From positions 1 to 64,000 of IMG/VR virus record IMGVR_UViG_3300019764_000005: a stretch of 64,000 bases of DNA. One strand, given 5' to 3'. The position numbers and the translations under genes are program-made. This document shows positions 9,500 to 18,303 of the stretch, piece after piece. This DNA is from a virus. Under the pieces are notes generated by a model, which had not been told where the DNA came from, did not search any database, and saw nothing but the letters and a program-made list of their open reading frames with translations. Positions within the stretch are counted from its first letter, which is position 1. Each line of letters begins with the position of its first letter.

Positions 9500-9569
9500 T
9501 TTCGTCCATTAAAACGGACGATAACAGTCGATGAAAGCACATGAAAAAACGTGCTTTATCTTGGTGTTA
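9500..9569 (-). repeat. 70-bp empty attC-like module, copy 1
   Basis: 69/70 identical to 21505-21574 in inverted orientation. Confidence 0.9.
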
Positions 9570-9926
9570 CCCACCATAATGTGAGTTAAGCACCTCTGTT
9601 ATCTTATGGTCGGTTGGTTCATACCAAAAATCGGCAACTGGAATAGTTTCATTATCATCAGACCAGTTGGTTAAATAAACACCATCACTCTTTTTAACAA
9701 CATCGCAAGTTGCCTCGAGCAGTTCTCCCTTTTGGTACACTATCTTGTGTCCTGGCATTATTTTCACACCGTTCATATCTGTCATTAAAATATTACGGTG
9801 GGTAACATTGTATAAACCCAATTGCTTTTCGTAGGCTTCAACAATGTTTTTTGCTTCTAAGTATTGTCCCTCTGTTATCATATCTTTGTTCTTTTAATTA
9901 CGCAACTGTGTTTATACTTACCGTTA
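9566..9926 (-). mobile_element. TAAC-A-GTTA-B-TAAC cassette 1
   Basis: A arms 9902-9917/9810-9825; central GTTA 9803-9806; B arms 9792-9806/9566-9580. Confidence 0.7.
9567..9881 (-). CDS. cassette-encoded hypothetical protein (weak YopX-like C-terminal half)
   Basis: 104 aa; TDMNGVKI..G motif; stop codon is the TAA of the cassette's terminal TAAC. Confidence 0.6.
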   Translation of the reverse strand: MITEGQYLEAKNIVEAYEKQLGLYNVTHRNILMTDMNGVKIMPGHKIVYQKGELLEATCDVVKKSDGVYLTNWSDDNETIPVADFWYEPTDHKITEVLNSHYGG

Positions 9927-10196
9927 TAGATCCAATTCCTCACCTATTCGTTTTATCAAGTCGAAATGCTTGTTAGATTTGTCAATTAGAGGATATAGTG
10001 AAAGTAAATTTCTTGCCTCACGTAAAAGATTGTCTGAATTCAAAAGGACCTTGTAAATATCTCTTTTGACCTCATCAGGCATCTTTCTCTTATTATTTAG
10101 CCATTGAGATAATTGATGCACAGACTTGCCAATTTTTTCTGCTACAAAGGTGTTTTTTAAACCCTTTTCTTTAATTAAATTTTGAATATTTTCCAT
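9924..10196 (-). CDS. XRE-family helix-turn-helix regulator
   Basis: LIKEKGLKNTFVAEKIGKSVHQLSQWLN HTH. Confidence 0.75.
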   Translation of the reverse strand: MENIQNLIKEKGLKNTFVAEKIGKSVHQLSQWLNNKRKMPDEVKRDIYKVLLNSDNLLREARNLLSLYPLIDKSNKHFDLIKRIGEELDL

Positions 10197-10333
10197 TGTT
10201 CTAATTTTAAGTACTCTGCAAATGTAGGTTAAATTTCATTAACAAAAAACACTTAAACCTTATTTTAAATTAGTCTAAATATGAATTGTATAGTTTTATT
10301 GACATTGTAGATTATTCTTTTTAGATTTGCCAT

Positions 10334-11002
10334 ATGATTAAAAAGAAATTGAAAGTCTGTAGAGGAATTGGGAAAGCTAAAGATTACGGCTGTGGAGATG
10401 ATAAGCTTATTCATAAATATGGCTTATGCACTGGATGTTTTGCTAAATGGCTTTATAATTCAGAAGAAGGACAGCAGGTTCTTAAAAAGAGTGTTTTGCG
10501 AGCGAAAGGGAAAGTTCGCACAGATAATAAGATTAAGCACAATCAAGCCAGGCAAGATATTAAAAAGAAGGCTGAATTTGAAAAAGATCTTCAGACCGAA
10601 GTAAATACTATCGTTAGACTTATTGATGTAGATAAAGGATGTATTAGTTGTGGGCATGGATGGAAAGAAGGTTGGACAAGACAAGCACATGCAGGACATT
10701 ACTATTCTGTAGGATCAGACCCTACTTTACGCTTTAATTTTTTTAATATTTGGAAACAGTGCAGTATTTGTAATAATTTTAAAGGTGGCAACGAAAGAGC
10801 TTATGCTGACGGAATTATAGAGCGTTACGGGAAGATGACTCTTCTGAGGATGAATGGTCTTAAAGCTAAGTATAAAGAAATTCACCTGGCAAAACATGAG
10901 CTTATCGAAAAGATTAAGATTGCCAGGAAGATTAAAAGAGCTATAAAATCTGGTAAAGATTACACCAGAGATGAGTTGAATGACCAATTAGGTATTTATT
11001 AA
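10334..11002 (+). CDS. NinG/Rap-like recombination endonuclease
   Basis: CISCG, AHAGHYYSVG, LRFN and QCSICN motifs. Confidence 0.85.
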   Translation: MIKKKLKVCRGIGKAKDYGCGDDKLIHKYGLCTGCFAKWLYNSEEGQQVLKKSVLRAKGKVRTDNKIKHNQARQDIKKKAEFEKDLQTEVNTIVRLIDVDKGCISCGHGWKEGWTRQAHAGHYYSVGSDPTLRFNFFNIWKQCSICNNFKGGNERAYADGIIERYGKMTLLRMNGLKAKYKEIHLAKHELIEKIKIARKIKRAIKSGKDYTRDELNDQLGIY

Positions 11003-11017
11003 TTTAAAATTTGTAAA

Positions 11018-11314
11018 ATGAAAGACAAAATTCAGCCAGCAGGAAGACCTTTAAATGAAGGCGAAATCGAACAATTAAGAATACAAGAGGTGTGCGCAAA
11101 CAAGCAATACCGAAAAGATCTGGATGTTATTCTTCAGGAAATAAAAGCTTGTCCAGGTTCCAGAGAAAGATCCTTAGCTATCACAAAACTTCAGGAGTGT
11201 ATTATGTGGCTTGGTATGGATCTTAAGCGTTTAAACGAACCTAATCCGTATCCTGAGAGTTATAATCCTAAAAGCTCGGTAATTGAGCCTACTTCGGATG
11301 ATTTAAAACTTTAA
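11018..11314 (+). CDS. Acb2-like helical protein (candidate anti-defence signal sponge)
   Basis: RPLNEGEIEQL and RERSLAITKLQECIMWL motifs. Confidence 0.55.
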   Translation: MKDKIQPAGRPLNEGEIEQLRIQEVCANKQYRKDLDVILQEIKACPGSRERSLAITKLQECIMWLGMDLKRLNEPNPYPESYNPKSSVIEPTSDDLKL

Positions 11315-11346
11315 TCTTTTTTTTAACAAACATTTAATTTTATATT

Positions 11347-11628
11347 ATGCAAGATCAACCAAGTTGCCCAACACCAATAACTGAGGCAGAATCTTTAAAA
11401 AATGGATTCTTAGATGTAATTGTAGGAATAAGAGAAGCTAAGGAAAGACTGACTGCTTTCTCTGAAAGATTTTGTGGCGAAGGTCTTCCAGAACTAAAAG
11501 ATAAACCAAGCGATCATGATAAGCAAACACCAAGCGTTATGCATGATCTTAAAAGTATGAAAAATACAATCAATGATAATTTGAGTGCGATTCATGCATT
11601 GATTTGCCGCTTGGAGAATTTCGTTTAG
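11347..11628 (+). CDS. hypothetical protein
   Basis: 93 aa ORF in the same operon. Confidence 0.55.
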   Translation: MQDQPSCPTPITEAESLKNGFLDVIVGIREAKERLTAFSERFCGEGLPELKDKPSDHDKQTPSVMHDLKSMKNTINDNLSAIHALICRLENFV

Positions 11629-11660
11629 ATTTTTATTCCCACGAAAATTGACATAAGTGC

Positions 11661-11696
11661 AAAGCCTGATATCTCCAAATATCAGGCTTTTTTTTT
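11661..11696. terminator. intrinsic terminator
   Basis: AAAGCCTGATAT...ATATCAGGCTTT plus T-run between convergent genes. Confidence 0.8.
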
Positions 11697-11994
11697 ATTT
11701 CTTCTTCCCTCTGGCACGTTTATCGCCTTGAGTATCTTTACTACTCCCCCTATTTTTCGAGCTATCCTTATATATGGTTCCGTTTGAGGTATGTGACAAG
11801 TCTTTCCCTGAACGGTTAACTCCTTTCTTATCCGCAGCATAGTTTTTTCTTCCAAGCTCTCTTCGTTTCGACTTTTGCTCGGATCTCGCATTTACCTTCT
11901 TGTCGGTAGCTGCTTTTTTCTTTCTAGCAGTTGGATTGTCCCGGTAATATTTAGCAGACTTACATACTGCTCCTTTTTTCTTTGGAGGTGCCAT
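11695..11994 (-). CDS. small basic protein with a degenerate HNH-like motif
   Basis: 99 aa, K/R-rich; GKDLSH..SKNRG; follows the portal gene. Confidence 0.6.
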   Translation of the reverse strand: MAPPKKKGAVCKSAKYYRDNPTARKKKAATDKKVNARSEQKSKRRELGRKNYAADKKGVNRSGKDLSHTSNGTIYKDSSKNRGSSKDTQGDKRARGKKK

Positions 11995-12004
11995 TGGTTT
12001 TATT

Positions 12005-14419
12005 TTAAATTGGTAATTGAGTTTCTTGATTTAAATTTAACGGTTGGTTCTCGATCGGTGCATTCTTAGCAAATTGTTTTAATTCCTGCTCAGTTTCGAA
12101 ATCCTGTGAACCGGTATTTTTCTGTCTTTGATCGATCATTCTAGACTGCTGAGAAGCTTGTATGCCAGTTCTCTTGTCCTTGCGATCTTCTTTCATTCTA
12201 TCAGATCTAACAAGGTAATTATTCTTCTTATTCTCGATATCCGATTCATACATGTACTTCATTTTAAGAAGTAGAGCATCACCTTCAGTTTTCTTAGATA
12301 TAAGCAAGGCTTCTTTTCTTCCTTCGAAAGTAATCTTAGCCTGATCAGCTTGCATTTGCATTTGGAAGGTTCTTTGCTTTTCCTTTTCAACAAAAATGGC
12401 AGTTTGCCTTCTACCATCTTCAGTAGCTTTGATTTGTTGAAGTTTTTCTTCTTGTATTTGTCTTCTCCTCTTTTTAATCCTGATCTTAAGATCCTTATTG
12501 GCTAGTTTAAGATTACGAGTATTTAAGAGATCAATTCTATCTGGAATATCGATATCACCTTTCTGAATGGCAAGATCAAGCGTAGCTTTAAAATTAGCTC
12601 TCTCTTGAGCATCTGGAGCTACATCAATTGTAATAGAATATTCATACATGTGAAGCTGACTTCCTTCCTGAAGAACCTTCACGTTATTCTCACCAAGTAA
12701 ATTCATTATTGCACGATTGTACTTTTCACCGTACATGCTCATATTTTGAATTCGTGAAACTATAAATTCAGAACTTCTCTGAAGGATAGACATTGTTCCG
12801 TCAAGAATCCTTTTAGTTGCAGTATTACTTGCATTTATAGCTAACTGTTGGGCTCCTACCAATGTGTTGTCGAGCGATTGAGATCCATCCCTTGCCGGAT
12901 TTACTCCTGTCACATCATAAAGCATCTTTACATTGTGATTGTAATAAACAATCAATTGCTGAAGTTCAGAAGATATCCCACCAGGGATAGGCTTGATTGG
13001 TTCCCCATTTATGTACTCTCCCTCTAAATTTCGACTTGAATACAATAAGTCTCCTCGTTGATTATAAATGTCAATAAGGTCAGGTACTCTCAAAACATCT
13101 CCATTCCCTAAATCAACTTCAGCTAACGCATCGATGTCGATAGATACACCAGACGGTTTGGCTGTTGATATTAATTGCTGTATTTTCAGTTTCGTTATCT
13201 GAAGATCATCGGCAATACTTACCATTCTTTTAACCATGGATGGTGTGCTCAATTCGAATACAGAATACGGTGGCATTACGTTATTAATGTCAGAATTTGG
13301 ACGAACCATATCATGCATTAATTGGTAGTTGTAGACGAATTGTGTCCCGGTAATATAAAAACCTTCAAACCACACATCGTAGGTTCCTTGTAGTTTTTCA
13401 CTCCTTGAATTTTCATGGACCTCAAATGTGTCTTTTTGTTTACTAATCTTACCGTACTTCTTCTTCTTGTAAGTTTCGTTCAATGTTGTCTCGAAGCAGA
13501 ATTCCATCACCTCAACATTGTAATTGTATAATTCTTCCTGACGGAAATCTTTTGGATTACCAAGTATGCCCAGAGAGCCATTAATCATGCTCTTTAATTG
13601 TTCGTCAGAGAATTTATTTCCACTGGCTTTCTTAATCTCCTCAATCTTCATTATTCGGACTTCTCCAAAATAATAACAACCACGCTTATCCTCTGTGCGT
13701 TCTGGATCAAATGAATATATGAAGTTTTGCGGATCTATTCGTCTTTGCAATATACCCACTGATGGATCAACTATATTTCTGGCAATACCGATACCATAAG
13801 TAATAAGATCCTCGATTATTAATCTGTAAAGATTTTCCCAATGGTTTATGTCGAATATTTTAGCAAGGCATATCTCAATGGCTATTTCTTGTGGCTGCAC
13901 AAACTCATCCATATGAACATCAAGTTCTTCTTCGGTTTCCGGAACAAATCCCATGGGGGAGAAATCCATTCCAGTTGCCTGAGTAAACGCATCGGTAAAT
14001 GGCTTGGCGAGCATTTCCGTTTCCAGATTGTTTCTATACCTTTCTTTCCTGCTCATGGATTGCTTATCAATGCCATTTGCTTGAATTTCAAATATATCAA
14101 TTGGATACCCATCTCGTATAATATCGATAAATTTCGGAATGATTTGAAAATAAGTCCAATCGAACGCTGTCCATGCCTTATCCTGACTCACATTGAGGAT
14201 ATCTTTAAATTTAGATGTATCCACATCTCCTGTTCTGAAAGAATCTAGGTATTGAAGCTCACTTCTTCTTTGAATCAATTTCTGATCCTGTCTTGCTCCG
14301 TATAGCCATTCAGTTTCAATGAATCGTGCATAAGCCAATCCATAAGCATCGGATTTCTTAGTATCATTATCAGATAAAGGATCTGGATAATTCTGAAATA
14401 ACGTGTTAACTGCTCCCAT
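12005..14419 (-). CDS. portal protein
   Basis: 804 aa; PDPL..K.S..YGL.YA..IE.EW, IIPKFIDII, DVTGVNPARDGS and LVGAQQLA motifs; directly downstream of the terminase. Confidence 0.85.
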   Translation of the reverse strand: MGAVNTLFQNYPDPLSDNDTKKSDAYGLAYARFIETEWLYGARQDQKLIQRRSELQYLDSFRTGDVDTSKFKDILNVSQDKAWTAFDWTYFQIIPKFIDIIRDGYPIDIFEIQANGIDKQSMSRKERYRNNLETEMLAKPFTDAFTQATGMDFSPMGFVPETEEELDVHMDEFVQPQEIAIEICLAKIFDINHWENLYRLIIEDLITYGIGIARNIVDPSVGILQRRIDPQNFIYSFDPERTEDKRGCYYFGEVRIMKIEEIKKASGNKFSDEQLKSMINGSLGILGNPKDFRQEELYNYNVEVMEFCFETTLNETYKKKKYGKISKQKDTFEVHENSRSEKLQGTYDVWFEGFYITGTQFVYNYQLMHDMVRPNSDINNVMPPYSVFELSTPSMVKRMVSIADDLQITKLKIQQLISTAKPSGVSIDIDALAEVDLGNGDVLRVPDLIDIYNQRGDLLYSSRNLEGEYINGEPIKPIPGGISSELQQLIVYYNHNVKMLYDVTGVNPARDGSQSLDNTLVGAQQLAINASNTATKRILDGTMSILQRSSEFIVSRIQNMSMYGEKYNRAIMNLLGENNVKVLQEGSQLHMYEYSITIDVAPDAQERANFKATLDLAIQKGDIDIPDRIDLLNTRNLKLANKDLKIRIKKRRRQIQEEKLQQIKATEDGRRQTAIFVEKEKQRTFQMQMQADQAKITFEGRKEALLISKKTEGDALLLKMKYMYESDIENKKNNYLVRSDRMKEDRKDKRTGIQASQQSRMIDQRQKNTGSQDFETEQELKQFAKNAPIENQPLNLNQETQLPI

Positions 14420-14425
14420 GGTATA

Positions 14426-17089
14426 TTAATTTAATCTGGTTCCAACTTTTCCTGTATTATCAAATCTTTTAAATAATGATTGTACTGCCTCTTTCTTAAC
14501 TTCGTTATTTGCTGCAGGTCTTCTCGTTTTAATATTGCAAGCCATTAATGCCAATGATGACGAGATAGAAGCATCTCTCTTGGTTCTATTTTTCGAATCA
14601 TACGAAAGCCAATCAAGTAGAGTATCATTAAACATCATATCACCATACGTGTCATCATCTTTTTCGCCCACATGATGCTCTACATAGCTCTCAATTGCTG
14701 ATGTTTGCATCTGGATTACATTCTCACTTGTAGAAGGTATTCCCCCATACTTCTTTTCATCCTCTGTTAACTTATCTGGTAATTTATCAGGTCTGTTTAA
14801 CGAGAATTTACGATACCCACGCTCCCTAAGGGCTTCAACTAAATTACGAACATTATTTTCAATCAAAGCAGGCATTCCGAAAAACACCATTGCCATAATA
14901 ACATCCTCGGTAAATATTTTTTTCTCTTCCGGTCTGTGAATATATTCCAGAAAGAAGAAATTACTCGGAGCCTTCACGTTTTCTTTGGTGAAACCATGCA
15001 TAGACCCCTTCGAGCCATCCTTGCTTTTATCAGTACGATATGGGTCAATACCGAAAGCACCCACATCTGAATTGCCTGGCATTAGAATATTTCCTCTTCT
15101 TATCACATTATTCCTAAGCTCAACAGGAGGCATCCAGCTTATAAGGAATCTTCCATTTGGATCATCTCTCCACTCAACCACCCCACAATCTCTAACCCCT
15201 TTTTGCCATCTGAAATTACCTCTTCTTAATTTCGAATTAAGACCAAGTTTGTTCTTTGGCAATAAGTTATTGTAGGCAACCTGAGTAATAATATTGCCCT
15301 GGTTAAACATACACATTCCTTCAGATACTGCAAACCCATCAGCTTCTTCAATCGGGGTTTTCCTTAAATATTCTACCCTGGCACGTATGTTATTGCCTAA
15401 ATGATCAAGTTCACGTTGAATATGAGTCTTTATTCCGATGTCTACAATCTCCCCATCCATCGTTTTGGTGGGTTTTAATGGATCTTCTAGTATAGCGTAG
15501 CCATATCTGTCAATATAACCTTCATAGTGCTCATACACCGAAATAAATATCTTATACAGATACGATTTTGTTTGACCGTTCTCGTTCCTGTCGTTTACAT
15601 CTGAATCGTAATAGATTTTTTTGTATCTATCCCCGGCTAATGCTAATTCATCTTCAGCATCTTTGCCAGTTACATTTTCAACTGTAGAGAATAGGAATAT
15701 TTTTCCTGTTATCCTGGCACCCTTGGTGGCAGATTTACGGACCATCTCAAAGTGAGATATGGTATTACCATTTTGCTTCTTCCATTTACTGAACTCATCC
15801 CCTAAATAGAGTCTTGTCGCGTCACCATCGTAACTGTCCTCCGATGTAGATTCATAATTACAGTATGTGTTTAGGGAATTATCAACTCTGTCCTTGCTTT
15901 TGTTATTTTTGGATAACATTTGCGAAGGCGAACGGAAATCAAGTTTGGATGCAGCAGTTTCATTTATACAGATTGGCTTAAAGTAAAATGGCAAGTTAGC
16001 AAACATATATGTCTGTCTGCGGAAGTTCTTTGAGGCATCTGAGTCTTTTTTAGATGTCATTCCAAAAATCTTATCTCTTTCAAATGTTGATTTACAAAGA
16101 GAAAATGACATAAACATATCAGTTGCACCAAGACGACGAATCTTCTCAAGGATCAGTCCTGCACTTCTTTGATCACACCATACAGCCTCCATGAATATGA
16201 AGAGCTTTTGTTGTGCTTTTGTGAAATAATAAAACCCTCCATCTGCACCGGTCCGACACCGTGACATATGAAACCAATGGGCGCCACTGATGTATTCAGC
16301 AGTGCCATTGTTTAGAAACCAATAGCCATTTCTTTTATGATTAAACTCCTCCTCTATAAAATCTTCGAAACCTTTAGAGGAACGTTCATTTAATGCCTTT
16401 GGTGGATCGATCCTTCTCCAATATTGCTCTGCTTTAACTCTATTGTTATTTGCAATATTGAGTCGCTTGGGTTTCTTTGGTAGTGCAATTCGTAGATCAG
16501 AAATGGTAATTATATCTCCAACTGTTCCTTCTGGATCAATTATTACAGCATCTATTCCTGGGGCGTATTTTGCTTTGCTTCCCTTTTTTGCGAATTTATC
16601 AGCATAGATCTCCGCATATCCCTGGTTATAATCAACTTCTTTCAGCACGATCTCGTCCTCAGAAACAACTTTTCTAAGCTCATCTATGTGCTCGTAGATT
16701 TCCATCGCGTCTTCAAATGCCACAGATTTAGATTCCATGGCTTGCAAGACATTATTCCCATTGTCTGATATCTTATCCACCTTGATTGGAGCATCAAGTG
16801 AAGCTATAAGGTGCTCAACTGATTCGGTTCCTGCTGTTATTAAACTATCAATAACAGTTCTAGCCCAATCCTGTTGTCTGTAATCCATCTCAAGTACACC
16901 TGAGATTATTTTTTTTGCCCGGACAAATGCTTGTTTTTTAACTTGAAGATCTTTTTTCCCGTGCAATACTCTTGTTTCCAACTTGGTTTTATCATCAACT
17001 CTTGTCTGCGTTGGCTCAATGGACAAAATCTTTATAATTTCGCCCACGGCTTTTTTAGACTGATTTATGAGTTGTTTTTTAATGTCCAT
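14426..17089 (-). CDS. terminase large subunit with an N-terminal helical extension
   Basis: KIRRLGAT (Walker A region), LYLGDEFSKW (Walker B), FGIDPY nuclease motif, LIENN, DASISSSLALMA. Confidence 0.9.
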   Translation of the reverse strand: MDIKKQLINQSKKAVGEIIKILSIEPTQTRVDDKTKLETRVLHGKKDLQVKKQAFVRAKKIISGVLEMDYRQQDWARTVIDSLITAGTESVEHLIASLDAPIKVDKISDNGNNVLQAMESKSVAFEDAMEIYEHIDELRKVVSEDEIVLKEVDYNQGYAEIYADKFAKKGSKAKYAPGIDAVIIDPEGTVGDIITISDLRIALPKKPKRLNIANNNRVKAEQYWRRIDPPKALNERSSKGFEDFIEEEFNHKRNGYWFLNNGTAEYISGAHWFHMSRCRTGADGGFYYFTKAQQKLFIFMEAVWCDQRSAGLILEKIRRLGATDMFMSFSLCKSTFERDKIFGMTSKKDSDASKNFRRQTYMFANLPFYFKPICINETAASKLDFRSPSQMLSKNNKSKDRVDNSLNTYCNYESTSEDSYDGDATRLYLGDEFSKWKKQNGNTISHFEMVRKSATKGARITGKIFLFSTVENVTGKDAEDELALAGDRYKKIYYDSDVNDRNENGQTKSYLYKIFISVYEHYEGYIDRYGYAILEDPLKPTKTMDGEIVDIGIKTHIQRELDHLGNNIRARVEYLRKTPIEEADGFAVSEGMCMFNQGNIITQVAYNNLLPKNKLGLNSKLRRGNFRWQKGVRDCGVVEWRDDPNGRFLISWMPPVELRNNVIRRGNILMPGNSDVGAFGIDPYRTDKSKDGSKGSMHGFTKENVKAPSNFFFLEYIHRPEEKKIFTEDVIMAMVFFGMPALIENNVRNLVEALRERGYRKFSLNRPDKLPDKLTEDEKKYGGIPSTSENVIQMQTSAIESYVEHHVGEKDDDTYGDMMFNDTLLDWLSYDSKNRTKRDASISSSLALMACNIKTRRPAANNEVKKEAVQSLFKRFDNTGKVGTRLN

Positions 17090-17684
17090 CCCAAGTACCA
17101 ATTATTTGTCTTGTTCTCATGCGGTACAATTTTTCACCTTTGATTTTGAATTCATATTCAGCATCGTTCTTGAATACTACATTATCACCTTCATTGTATC
17201 CTTTTGCTGCCAATTCCTTATTTCCGTATTTAATGGTGCCAAGATTAGGTTTTTCTGTGTATTGATTTACCGTCAACACCTCACCTTTTTTCTGAACAAT
17301 CTCATTCTTTACCGGCTTTACGAAGCAGAAGGGTTCAAGGCAGAAAAACTCATCTCCTCTTTGAATGCCGTAAATTTGATCAAGTGGACAGCCATATAAT
17401 CCTTCCTGACGATTGATCTCGTAGGTACCATGCATATCCTTGCCATCCATTGACTTTTTCCTTTTGACAATGTTGTGATGGAAATAAACGATATCTCCAA
17501 CCTCAAGGACAGTATCATACAGATCAGGCTTCGAAACAACTGTCCCGTATCTAATCGTCTTGTCGATATCATTAAAGCACATTACGAAATGAATCATAGT
17601 GTCTCCAACTTCCTTTCCCCTCACGTACATGTCAGGAACATGAATAAGCACTTCTTGCAGTAATACTATTTCTTTTTTATGCAT
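17079..17684 (-). CDS. GroES-like tandem-domain protein
   Basis: Two GroES-like units: G.VVS..LEVGDIVYFHHN and G.IKYGN..EGDNVVF..EYEF.I.GEKLYRM. Confidence 0.65.
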   Translation of the reverse strand: MHKKEIVLLQEVLIHVPDMYVRGKEVGDTMIHFVMCFNDIDKTIRYGTVVSKPDLYDTVLEVGDIVYFHHNIVKRKKSMDGKDMHGTYEINRQEGLYGCPLDQIYGIQRGDEFFCLEPFCFVKPVKNEIVQKKGEVLTVNQYTEKPNLGTIKYGNKELAAKGYNEGDNVVFKNDAEYEFKIKGEKLYRMRTRQIIGTWDGH

Positions 17685-17946
17685 GCGATTCGATTATCTT
17701 TTTCCAATCATATTCAGTAACCACGATATTATTCTGAGTCACCATTATTTTTTTCCATAAGGCAACCGAGTTGTGTTTATCATTGACATACACTTTCGCA
17801 ATAAGAAATCCATCTTTAAACTCCTCTTCAATAGAGCTCACGTTGGTTTCCCCGTTGCAAACCGAAGATCCAATCTTAAATCCTACTTTTCTTTCGTTCT
17901 CACCATATGAGATTTGTCTAACTTGCATAGTAAGTAATTTATACAT
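17677..17946 (-). CDS. conserved hypothetical phage protein
   Basis: 89 aa; VRQISYG...LWKK..VTEYD. Confidence 0.55.
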   Translation of the reverse strand: MYKLLTMQVRQISYGENERKVGFKIGSSVCNGETNVSSIEEEFKDGFLIAKVYVNDKHNSVALWKKIMVTQNNIVVTEYDWKKIIESHA

Positions 17947-18022
17947 CCTTTGATAGAGCTAAATCAAACGACACGAATCGGAATCATTAGCTCTATCGGT
18001 GAACAAGGATGTGTGTTTAATA

Positions 18023-18301
18023 TTATTCGTAGTATCCTTTTACATCTTTAAGATCTAAGAATACAAACTTTTTACCATCTTCAACGATCTCGGTACCAGC
18101 GCTACTAAGATGAAACACCTCGACCCCAGGTTTGATGTTTTTTGTAAGTCCTGGAACATCATTACCGACATGAACGACCAATCCCTTTCGCATTCCACCA
18201 GACTTCCCGTTGGAGTTTGGAATATGAATTCCACCGGATGTCATTTCCGGTTTTTCTATTGGAGTTATAATCACTCCGCGTCCTTCTGCTTTTATTGCCA
18301 T
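18023..18301 (-). CDS. groES: co-chaperonin GroES
   Basis: TSGGIHIP mobile loop; G.VVHVG and IKPGVEV motifs; adjacent to groEL. Confidence 0.85.
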   Translation of the reverse strand: MAIKAEGRGVIITPIEKPEMTSGGIHIPNSNGKSGGMRKGLVVHVGNDVPGLTKNIKPGVEVFHLSSAGTEIVEDGKKFVFLDLKDVKGYYE

Positions 18302-18303
18302 AA

